In this document: one piece after another, positions 18,966-26,985 of the stretch
Position numbering within the stretch: the stretch's first letter is position 1
How the letters are laid out: each line of letters opens with the position of its first letter
DNA from: Hyphomicrobiales bacterium
GTDB lineage: Bacteria > Pseudomonadota > Alphaproteobacteria > Rhizobiales > NORP267
Assembly (NCBI GenBank): GCA_030688605.1
Contig: JAUYJB010000070.1
Coordinates: 18,652-82,651, forward strand
Length of the DNA: 64,000 bases
Direction: 5' to 3'
Notes under the pieces: generated by a model
What the model was told of the DNA's origin: nothing
Databases searched by the model: none
The model's input: the letters and a program-made list of their open reading frames with translations, nothing else
Translations under genes and position numbers: made by a program

Positions 18966-19772
18966 ATGAGGGAATTCGCGCTTGGACTGGCGTTTGCCGT
19001 TGCTCTCGGGCTTTCGGGCCAGGAGGCATCGGCCGCCTCGCAATACAAGCTCTTGCAATTCGAAAGCCACTTTGTGAAGTGGGGAAACCCGCATCTCGGT
19101 ACCGCGGCTACGGTAAGCTATGCCCTTGTACCGCAGTCTATGTCCTTTCCAGGCGCCCGCAACTGTGGCGCGTTGCGTCCGCTGGACCGTCTTCTCTCCG
19201 CCTCGAAAATCCCTGCCTCGGTCTTTCAGTCCGAGCTCCGGGCCGCCTTCGCGGAATGGGAGGTGGCGGCGAATATCCGCTTTCGCGACGCAAAGGATCC
19301 TACGGCCGCCGATATTCTTATCGGCGCCCAGGACGCGCCTCGCGGCTGGGCCTTCACCAATGTGGACTATGCCGACGCCTCCGACGGTCGGACCCGCACA
19401 ATCAGCAAGGCGCTGATCTGCCTCAATCCCGAGCGGCCATGGAAGATCGGCTTCGATGGCAATATCGACATTTACGATTTGCGTTACACGCTACTGCACG
19501 AAATCGGCCATGCGATCGGCCTCGATCATCCCGGCCCCAAGGGAGAGCTGATGTCGTTTAAGTATCGCGAGACGTTTCGAAGCCTCCAGGCCGGCGATGC
19601 GGCCGGGGCAGGGGTGCTTTACGGGACCACATCGCCTTCGGTGATCGCCGAGACGCCCGAGAAAGCCGATATGGAAGCTGCACACAGCCAGCGCGTTTCC
19701 GGATCGCAGCCGCAATTGTCGCTTGGCGATGACAAGCCGTCGGAAGCTCCCCGTCCTGCCGGCTTGAAATAG
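18966..19772 (+). CDS. Secreted matrixin-like metzincin metalloprotease
   Basis: Signal peptide; HEIGHAIGLDH (HExxHxxGxxH); LMS Met-turn. Confidence 0.88.
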   Translation: MREFALGLAFAVALGLSGQEASAASQYKLLQFESHFVKWGNPHLGTAATVSYALVPQSMSFPGARNCGALRPLDRLLSASKIPASVFQSELRAAFAEWEVAANIRFRDAKDPTAADILIGAQDAPRGWAFTNVDYADASDGRTRTISKALICLNPERPWKIGFDGNIDIYDLRYTLLHEIGHAIGLDHPGPKGELMSFKYRETFRSLQAGDAAGAGVLYGTTSPSVIAETPEKADMEAAHSQRVSGSQPQLSLGDDKPSEAPRPAGLK

Positions 19773-19864
19773 CGGCGTAGGACTGGAGCATCTGCCGTTT
19801 AGGACCGACGCACGGGCGGCCTGATCAATTCTCCTGCAATAATTCGCAATAATCGCTTTTTTTG

Positions 19865-19890
19865 GGAACCACGCCTCCGCGTGGAGCGTT
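19865..19890 (+). promoter_or_regulatory. EcfG-type promoter GGAAC-N17-CGTT
   Basis: Upstream of the PRC gene at 19960. Confidence 0.78.
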
Positions 19891-19959
19891 TTGGCGACGC
19901 GATCCCGAAAGGGTTCGAAGGAACGTTGTCAAGATCCACCAACAAGGAGGTCTAGGACC

Positions 19960-20739
19960 ATGAACCGCTTATTCACGTCTACCGCGCTGGCCGCGGCGCT
20001 CGCCGTGACCCCGGCGCTGGCACAACAGTACGGCGATCAACCTCAAGGCACCGAACCGCTCTTAAAGCAGCAGGAAACGGCTCCGCAGCAGGAAACGGCT
20101 CCGCAGGGTTCCGATACGATTCTCGAGAAGCAGCCCCAGGACCAAGCGCCGCAGGACCAAGCGCCGCAGGACCAGGCCGCCGAGCAGCAGCCGGCGGAGT
20201 CTGAGGCGGTCGAGTTTGTCACCGCGCAGCAGGAATCGGATTGGCTGGCGAGCTCGCTGATCGGCAGGACCGTGTACAACACCGAGCAACAGTCTCTCGG
20301 CAGCATCAACGACGTGATCCTCGATCAGGAGGGTCAAATCATGGCGGTGCTGATCGGTGTCGGCGGCTTCCTGGGCATCGGCGGGAAGGATGTCGGCGTC
20401 GACTTCGCGGCCTTGCAGTTCGAGGAGCAAAAGGACGTTGAGCCGGCCCCGTCTCCGTCTCCGCAGCCGGGCGCCGGCCTGTCAACGGCCCCGCCGGCCG
20501 GAACCGAGCCACCCGCCGTTCCGGGTCAGGCCCCAGGCTCGCTGGCCGGTAACGAGCCGCAGTCCGCAGAGGCCGAGGACGACGCTGACCACAGCAAAAT
20601 GATCATCGTCCTTAACGTGACCCAGGAGGAGCTCGCGGCCGCGCCCGCCTTCGTGCACATCGGCGAAGAGCCGCCGGTGGAGGCATCAAGTCTGCCGCCA
20701 GCCGAATCCCCAGAGCCAAGCCCGACCCAAACCCAGTAG
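19960..20739 (+). CDS. Secreted PRC-barrel protein with Q/P/A-rich linkers
   Basis: AAGGAGG RBS; WLASSLIGRTVYN...LGSINDVILDQEGQIMAVLIGVGGFLGIGGKDVGV; QQETAP x2 and QDQA x3. Confidence 0.9.
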   Translation: MNRLFTSTALAAALAVTPALAQQYGDQPQGTEPLLKQQETAPQQETAPQGSDTILEKQPQDQAPQDQAPQDQAAEQQPAESEAVEFVTAQQESDWLASSLIGRTVYNTEQQSLGSINDVILDQEGQIMAVLIGVGGFLGIGGKDVGVDFAALQFEEQKDVEPAPSPSPQPGAGLSTAPPAGTEPPAVPGQAPGSLAGNEPQSAEAEDDADHSKMIIVLNVTQEELAAAPAFVHIGEEPPVEASSLPPAESPEPSPTQTQ

Positions 20740-20941
20740 CGCAAGGGCTATGAGTTTCCCTGACCGGTATTGGAACCTCGTCAACTCACCAGTAATCGGC
20801 CCGGCGATGTGCCAGAAATCTGGCGCTCACCGGGCCCTTTTCGCGCGCCGGACCCGGTTCGGCGCAATTGCGGCAGCCAAGCCGCTTTGCCGGAGACATC
20901 GCCGGCTGTACAAAGGTCCGAGTGAATGCAGGGGGACACAG

Positions 20942-21079
20942 ATGAAACCGTGGCAGAACTTCGTTCTGGGCGGCCTTGTCGTCGCCGTGGCCGTGCTCGG
21001 ATACCTCTACTACCAGGAACGGCAGAACCGGGTCGAACTCAAGATCGACATTCCAAATCTTTCCATCGAAAAGAATTGA
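20942..21079 (+). CDS. 45-aa single-TM small protein
   Basis: MKPWQNFVLGGLVVAVAVLGYLYYQERQNRVELKIDIPNLSIEKN; GGGGA RBS. Confidence 0.75.
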   Translation: MKPWQNFVLGGLVVAVAVLGYLYYQERQNRVELKIDIPNLSIEKN

Positions 21080-21094
21080 CGCGGATCGCGATCG

Positions 21095-21487
21095 TTACGG
21101 ACACGCCGCCGATTCGCCGCCCGCTTCGCTGTTTACCTGACGGATGCGCACCTTGGTCGTGCCGCGAGACAGGAAGCCAAGCTTTTCGGCGACCGCGCGC
21201 GACACGTCGATGACCCGGTTTCGTATGAACGGCCCGCGATCGTTGATCCGGACGATAATGGCGCGGCCGTTGCGCAGGTTCTTCACCTCCACACGGGTCC
21301 CGAAAGGGAGCGTCCGATGCGCCGCCACCAGCAGGTTCGGATCGGCCTTTTCGCCGCTTGCCGTTCGGCCCGTATGGGCATACCAAGACGCCATCCCGCA
21401 CTGAATTTTCGAATTCGCCGCCGCGTCATGGCTGCAAAACCAAATCAGCGCCAGCGCTCCGGCGATTATCGTAGCCGTACCGTTCAT
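21095..21487 (-). CDS. RlpA-like double-psi beta-barrel protein
   Basis: GMASWY...AAHRTLPFGT...VRINDRGPF...IDVS; no SPOR domain. Confidence 0.9.
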   Translation of the reverse strand: MNGTATIIAGALALIWFCSHDAAANSKIQCGMASWYAHTGRTASGEKADPNLLVAAHRTLPFGTRVEVKNLRNGRAIIVRINDRGPFIRNRVIDVSRAVAEKLGFLSRGTTKVRIRQVNSEAGGESAACP

Positions 21488-21547
21488 TGAGCTTGGATTT
21501 ACCAGCGACACCAAGACCTTGAAGGACGTCAAAGCCGGACGGCCAAC

Positions 21548-22360
21548 CTAATCGGACGAGACCTGACCACCGGCACGATGAGCCTTGTTCTCAAAAAACA
21601 GAGCTTGGCTGATGACGGCCTTGACCGCGTCGGCATCATAGGGCTTGGAGATCAGGTAGGTGGGCTCCGGTCGCTGGCCGGTCAACAGACGTTCCGGGTA
21701 GGCGGTTACGAAGATGACCGGAACCTCGTAGGATCCGAGCAGCTCGTTCACCGCGTCGATGCCGGATGACCCGTCTGCGAGCTGGATGTCGGCGAGGACA
21801 AGGCCCGGCGCTTTGTCCTTGGCGGCCCGAACAGCTTCGCTGTGCGTGCGCGCGATTGCGCTTACGCCATGGCCGAGGGACTCGACGATACCGCTAAGAT
21901 TCATGGCGATGATCGGCTCGTCTTCGATGATGAGGACGCTCGTCGCCACTTCTCCCGCGATCTCTCGCCCAGCCGCGTCGATCAATTCCTGCACCTCTGA
22001 AAGGGCGATGCCGAGAATCCGTGCGGTCTCCTGCTGCGAGAATCCCTCGACCCAGCGCAGCAGAAATGCTTGCCGCGGCAGCGGCGCAATGTTTTCAAGC
22101 TTGCGGTCGATGTGACCGGAGCTGCGGGCGCCGGGCGGGTCGACTTCGAGGTTTACGTCCATCATGTTCCATAGTCTAAGGAAGGTCTTATAGGTCGCGA
22201 CGCGCGGGTCCAGATCGGTCGGCAGGGCAGCGGGATCCTCGATAAGCACTTCCAGGAACGCCCGGACATAGGCATCGCCGCTGGCCTGGCTGCCGCAGAG
22301 GGTTCGCGCAAATCGGCGCAGATACGGCAAGTGCGCTGCTATCGTCTCGGATACGGACAT
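21548..22360 (-). CDS. phyR: PhyR anti-anti-sigma factor (sigma-like domain plus receiver)
   Basis: HLPYLRRFARTLCGSQASGDAYV N-terminus; IIEDEPIIAM...LADIQLADGSSG...TAYPERLLTGQRPEP...KP receiver. Confidence 0.95.
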   Translation of the reverse strand: MSVSETIAAHLPYLRRFARTLCGSQASGDAYVRAFLEVLIEDPAALPTDLDPRVATYKTFLRLWNMMDVNLEVDPPGARSSGHIDRKLENIAPLPRQAFLLRWVEGFSQQETARILGIALSEVQELIDAAGREIAGEVATSVLIIEDEPIIAMNLSGIVESLGHGVSAIARTHSEAVRAAKDKAPGLVLADIQLADGSSGIDAVNELLGSYEVPVIFVTAYPERLLTGQRPEPTYLISKPYDADAVKAVISQALFFENKAHRAGGQVSSD

Positions 22361-22423
22361 GTTGGTGATCCCGTTGGCATGAATTACGATCAACTGGAAC
22401 CGGGGCCCCGGATGGGTTCCTAT

Positions 22424-22448
22424 AACATCACTTGTGGCCTTCGGTTCC
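22424..22448 (-). promoter_or_regulatory. EcfG-type promoter GGAAC-N16-TGTT (phyR)
   Basis: In the phyR/nepR divergent interval. Confidence 0.7.
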
Positions 22449-22454
22449 GCGCAT

Positions 22455-22480
22455 GAAACAATAGCAGGCGTTCAGTCGTT
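22455..22480 (+). promoter_or_regulatory. EcfG-type promoter GAAAC-N17-CGTT (nepR-ecfG)
   Basis: In the divergent interval, back-to-back with the phyR promoter. Confidence 0.65.
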
Positions 22481-22575
22481 TAACATAGGCCAAGAGCATT
22501 GCCCGACAAGAGTGACATTCGGGTTTCGCCGAATCGGATGCTCGATTTCTTTGTGATTTGGCGGTCGGATGAACG

Positions 22576-22866
22576 GTGACGAGATTGACCAACCGTGGAA
22601 ACAACGACAATGACCGGGTGAAAAACGCAAGGAAAGGAAATCCGGCCCAGGAGCAGAAGAAAGAGAGAAAAATGAGGCCGTTGGCCGCCAACAGCGACTC
22701 TGTCTCGACCCGCCGCAGGCACGAGAGCCTTTCACCGGCGGTGCAGGCCCGGATTGGCCAGGGGTTGAAGGCCCTGTTTGACGAAATCGCCCACGAACCC
22801 ATCCCGGACGATCTGCTTCGCCTTCTTGAAAGACTTGAAGCGGAGAACGGAAAGAAACCGAAGTAA
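22576..22866 (+). CDS. nepR: NepR anti-sigma factor
   Basis: QARIGQGLKALFDEIAHEPIPDDLLRLLERLE; start may be ATG 22672. Confidence 0.92.
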   Translation: MTRLTNRGNNDNDRVKNARKGNPAQEQKKERKMRPLAANSDSVSTRRRHESLSPAVQARIGQGLKALFDEIAHEPIPDDLLRLLERLEAENGKKPK

Positions 22867-22870
22867 GCGA

Positions 22871-23464
22871 ATGGGCCCCCCCATCCGAACATCGCTTCGG
22901 GATGCGCTGATTGGCGAAATTCCGAGATTGAGAGGGTTCGCCATATCGCTTTGCGGTGACAGGACACAAGCCGATGACCTGGTCCAGGAGACGATGGTCA
23001 AGGCGTGGGACAAGCTCAATTCCTTCGAGGAAGGTACCAACTTGCGAGCTTGGCTTTTCACGATCCTGCGCAACACGTTTCTTTCGGAGAGGCGGAAACG
23101 CCGACGCGAAGTCGAAGACATCGACGGAAAACTCAGTGGCCGATTGGCAACGCAGCCGGAACAGCCCGGCCACATGGACCTGAAGGATCTTCGCGATGCC
23201 TTGACCCGGCTCCCGGAGGCTCAACGCACCGCTCTCATGCTGGTGGCCGCCTCGGGCCTTTCCTACGAGGAGGCGGCCGAGGTGTGCGGCTGCGCCGTCG
23301 GGACGATCAAGAGCAGGGTCAATCGCGGAAGGGCGCGATTGGCCCAGTTGCTGCACATGTCGGAGCAAAGTGCAGTCGAATCTGACGCCGCTCCCATGGA
23401 GGACGCTGCCGCAAATCCTGAAGTGGATGTCGGGGGAGAAGTACGCCGCAGCGTGGACTCATGA
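22871..23464 (+). CDS. ecfG: EcfG (sigma-T/RpoE2) ECF sigma factor
   Basis: IPRLRGFAISLCGDRTQADDLVQET...GTNLRAWLFTILRN...SYEEAAEVCGCAVGTIKSRVNR. Confidence 0.93.
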   Translation: MGPPIRTSLRDALIGEIPRLRGFAISLCGDRTQADDLVQETMVKAWDKLNSFEEGTNLRAWLFTILRNTFLSERRKRRREVEDIDGKLSGRLATQPEQPGHMDLKDLRDALTRLPEAQRTALMLVAASGLSYEEAAEVCGCAVGTIKSRVNRGRARLAQLLHMSEQSAVESDAAPMEDAAANPEVDVGGEVRRSVDS

Positions 23465-23673
23465 TCGCAGCGAGTCACGCCAAACCCACCCCGCCGCGGG
23501 GTTAGGCGGGCGGTAACCAGGATCAGCCTGCCCTTTCCAATACGGCTGTCGATGCCGGCTGGAAGCGTATAAGATTGGTGGGGCACGCGCCGCGCCATGA
23601 GGCCCATGTCGCGAGCGGCCCATATTGCTGGTTCTCAGGGGCTGTCGGCCGCGCCCAAGACCATGGAAGGGGG

Positions 23674-25599
23674 ATGTGTATGGTTGGGCCGTCGGGCGGC
23701 GAAGCTTTGGCCAACAGGACCGCTGCCGCCAAATCGATCTTGTTTGCGCGTGCGGTTGCGGTGATGGCGATCGCCGTCGGCGTCCTCGTTCTGTTGGGCT
23801 GGTATTTCGATCAGCCCTTGCTGCGACAGGGCCTACCCAACAACATTGAGATGAAGTCGAATTCCGCTATCGGCCTGATCCTTGTCGGCGCCGGGCTGCT
23901 GGCGTTCACGAGCGAAGCGTTGCGCGCCGTACCCCGGTTCCTCGGAATGGCATTGATGCTGGGAGGCGGCATGACGCTGAGCCAGGACATTGTCGGCTGG
24001 GATCTCAGAATCGATGAGTTCGTCTTTCGTGAACTTGCGTACCCGGCATACACGTCCTCGCCCGGTCGCATGTCACCGTTCTCGGCGCTTTCGTTCGTGT
24101 TGATTGGGGGCGCATTCTTTCTGGCGCGGCGCCGCCGTGTTTGGTCGATCTTGGCCGACATCATGCTTGCTGCGGTCATCGTCCAGACACTCCTGGTTCT
24201 CATCGGCTACATCTACGGCGTGCCGGCACTCTATTACCCCTTCCCATTGACGGCGATACCGGCGCATGGCGCGGTCATGGTCCTTCTCATCGCCATCGCC
24301 ACCTTCGCCGCAATGCCGGAACGCGGAATCGCCGCGGCGGTGATGGATCGGTCCTTGGGCGGGCAGATGATCCGCGCACTTCTGCCGTGGATTATTTTGG
24401 TGCCGATCGCGCTCGGCTGGCTGCAGCATCGCGGGGTGGTGGCCGGCTATTACGACAGTTCCGTCTCATCGGCTCTATTGTCGGTGTCCTCCATCATCTT
24501 TCTGATCGCTATCGTGTGGTTGACTGGGAGTGCCCTGGCGCGGTCGGATTTCGACCGGCAACGGGCCCTGACGCAACTGCACGGTGAGCGCGAGTGGCTG
24601 CGGACGACAGTAGCGAGCATTGCCGATGGCGTAATCGTCACGGATGCCAATGGCATGGTCCTGATCATGAATGGCGTTGCCGAGGAGCTGACGGGCTGGC
24701 GCCGCGACGATGCGACTGAACGGCCGATCTGGGAGGTCTTCCAGACCATCGACGAGACCAGCCGTGAGCCCGTCGACAGTTCCGGGCTCGTCGCCCTGCG
24801 CGAGCGCAGCACCGTCAAGAACGCGGTTCATCTTCTGATCACCCGGGAAGAAACGGAGATCCCCGTCGAGGATAGTGGCGCCGCTATCATGGGCGCGGGC
24901 AATCTGGCGGTAGGGGCGGTGCTGATCTTCCGCGATGTCACCGAGCGGCGACGGACGGAGGACCGCCAGGCCCTGCTTGTCCGCGAACTCAATCACCGCG
25001 TCAGAAACGTGCTCATGATCGTTCACTCCCTCGTTCAGGCGAGCGGCCGTCACGCGTCGACCGAGGAGGCGGCCAGGATGGCGGGCGTGCTCGGCGAGCG
25101 GCTCCGTGCACTGAGCCGGGCACACGAGCTCCTGCTCGACACGCAATGGTCCGGCGCGGACTTGAATGCCATGGTACGGCGCGAGCTAGAGCCGTTCCAG
25201 ACCGAAGGCTCGAACCAAGTCACGATCAATGGACCGGATGTCCTGCTTCCGCCGCAGAGTACGTCGATGCTGGCGATGGCCCTGCACGAGCTGGCCACCA
25301 ACGCCGCCAAATATGGCGCGCTGTCACAACCCGCCGGGCGCCTGAGCGTGTCGTGGCGTGTGAGGGGCGGGAAGCTCGCGCTGAAGTGGGTTGAGACCGG
25401 AGTGGACATTCCCGCCAAGAAACGGATGAAGTCGGGCTTCGGCACCGATCTCATCGAACACGGCATCGGGCAGAATCTCGGCGGGGAGACCCGGATCGAG
25501 TTTGGAGAAGACGGAGTGAGTGTGGCGATCACGGTCTCTCTCGACCAGCAGCCAGTCGAGGAGCGCCCGCTTCCGACGGCCGCCGCGCTCGGCGAGTAG
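23674..25599 (+). CDS. Membrane-bound PAS-HWE histidine kinase
   Basis: Multi-TM N-terminus; PAS (SIADGVIVTD...MNGVAEELTGW); ELNHRVRN H-box, HELATNAAKYGAL, WVE. Confidence 0.9.
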   Translation: MCMVGPSGGEALANRTAAAKSILFARAVAVMAIAVGVLVLLGWYFDQPLLRQGLPNNIEMKSNSAIGLILVGAGLLAFTSEALRAVPRFLGMALMLGGGMTLSQDIVGWDLRIDEFVFRELAYPAYTSSPGRMSPFSALSFVLIGGAFFLARRRRVWSILADIMLAAVIVQTLLVLIGYIYGVPALYYPFPLTAIPAHGAVMVLLIAIATFAAMPERGIAAAVMDRSLGGQMIRALLPWIILVPIALGWLQHRGVVAGYYDSSVSSALLSVSSIIFLIAIVWLTGSALARSDFDRQRALTQLHGEREWLRTTVASIADGVIVTDANGMVLIMNGVAEELTGWRRDDATERPIWEVFQTIDETSREPVDSSGLVALRERSTVKNAVHLLITREETEIPVEDSGAAIMGAGNLAVGAVLIFRDVTERRRTEDRQALLVRELNHRVRNVLMIVHSLVQASGRHASTEEAARMAGVLGERLRALSRAHELLLDTQWSGADLNAMVRRELEPFQTEGSNQVTINGPDVLLPPQSTSMLAMALHELATNAAKYGALSQPAGRLSVSWRVRGGKLALKWVETGVDIPAKKRMKSGFGTDLIEHGIGQNLGGETRIEFGEDGVSVAITVSLDQQPVEERPLPTAAALGE

Positions 25600-25654
25600 C
25601 GATGTTAGACGGCTGAGGTGTTTCGGCGCGATCTGTAGACGGACCGTGAGACGG

Positions 25655-25708
25655 CTGCGCGCCCACCTCGCGACATTCCTCGATGCTTATAACCATGAAC
25701 CGCCCTAG
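25655..25708 (+). mobile_element. Tiny transposase-like remnant ending in a copy of the MITE terminal repeat
   Basis: Reads LRAHLATFLDAYNHEPP*; TATAACCATGAACCGCCCTAG matches the 270-bp MITE end at 20 of 21 positions. Confidence 0.5.
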
Positions 25709-25811
25709 ACCAGCAAATCGCGAGCCAGTTCCCTGGCGAGACAAGAACTACATGCAAGCATGGCCTTCGGTCAGGATCACATCCGGTTTCGGGATTGACA
25801 CAAGATTTGAA

Positions 25812-25837
25812 GGAACCCTTCCGCGAGACACAGGGTT
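25812..25837 (+). promoter_or_regulatory. EcfG-type promoter GGAAC-N17-GGTT
   Basis: Upstream of the PRC gene at 25909. Confidence 0.6.
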
Positions 25838-25908
25838 TTAATGCACAGTCGGGCGCGAGCTCACCTGCAAAGTCATGAGGACGCCCGGTCAAGATAGGAG
25901 GTGAGATC

Positions 25909-26418
25909 ATGCGTAAGTCGATTATGCGTGAATCGATCATATTCATTTCAGCCATCTCCCTGATGGCCGCGGGCATTTCCGTGATCGTGGTTGGCACCCG
26001 GCTTGCCCTTCCCGAGGGCCAGGGTTCCGAGGACCAGATTGTCATTCCGAAGAGCCTGCAGCCGCTGCCGCGGCAACACGCCGCAACTGGCGACCTCGGG
26101 CAGGCGGAAGGCACAGGCGGGCAGCCAGTGTATCCGAGCACTCTAGTCGGCCTTCGGGTCTACAGCACCGACGGCCGTGAGGTGGGTGACGTGGTCAAGG
26201 TCTCCACCGCCGCAAACGGGGAAATCCGACATCTCTATGTGGAAATACCGGAATTCCTCGGTCTCGGAACGAAAACCGTCCGCATTCCCGCCAGGATGTA
26301 CGAGAAAAACGAGGACGGGGTCGAGCTGGTGTTGACCGCCGACGCCGTCAATATGCTGCCGGAGGCCAATTTGGGTCGCACGACGCAGCCCTTTCCCGAC
26401 CGGGAGCCGCATTATTGA
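25909..26418 (+). CDS. Membrane-anchored PRC-barrel protein
   Basis: AGGAGG RBS; LVGLRVYSTDGREVGDV...YVEIPEFLGLGTKTVRI. Confidence 0.88.
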   Translation: MRKSIMRESIIFISAISLMAAGISVIVVGTRLALPEGQGSEDQIVIPKSLQPLPRQHAATGDLGQAEGTGGQPVYPSTLVGLRVYSTDGREVGDVVKVSTAANGEIRHLYVEIPEFLGLGTKTVRIPARMYEKNEDGVELVLTADAVNMLPEANLGRTTQPFPDREPHY

Positions 26419-26527
26419 CAGTTCCCGGTCGATTGCGTCGACCAGGGCGGGAAGGACTCCTAACATGCTGCAACATCTCCTTGTTGCAGTCGCTGGCGTG
26501 CTGCTGCTGTTACCGCCGGCGCGGTGG

Positions 26528-26797
26528 CTAGAGCGGTTCATGGTTATAGGGGATCGATTCGATGGGCCAAGTCGGTTCATCCGGGCAGGCGCGGGCCGCG
26601 ACGCGCGATACGGGATATCGGGCGAGCGCCGCAACGAACCCGGTGGGCCGATTTGGCCCACCGAAGGCCGGGTTCTTTTGCGCCGTGGCGGTGTTGCGGC
26701 TCTTGACCGATGCACCGCATCGCCCGGCGAGCCGCGCCTGGCCACGGCGCAAAATCATCCCGGTCAAATGGTTCCCTATAACCATGAACCGCTCTAG
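26528..26797. mobile_element. 270-bp MITE, copy 1
   Basis: 24-bp perfect terminal inverted repeats CTAGAGCGGTTCATGGTTATAGGG; about 8 differences from the copy at 57192. Confidence 0.92.
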
Positions 26798-26985
26798 GCT
26801 TCTCGGCTCCGGCGGAAAGGCCCGCCGGCCGCGCCCGACCCTGTCTTGCGGGCGCCGCTTGCGGCGCCTTTGCAGCGCTTCCACCGGATCGAAACAGAAT
26901 GCTTTTGCGAAGCCGAATTAGGTTCTAGTCTCCGCCGCGTCCCCGCCGGCGCCCCTCGCCGGGACACTCATCCGGGACGAGGGCC

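Noticed and set aside
20772-20796. Further EcfG promoter at GGAAC 20772
   Set aside because: No GTT-like -10 element at 16-17 nt
22396-22420. GGAAC...GTTCC inverted pair as extra EcfG promoters
   Set aside because: Spacing and -10 elements do not fit in either direction
26465-26921. ORFs spanning the 270-bp MITE (also 57192-57513)
   Set aside because: Products of repeat sequence; no transposase motifs
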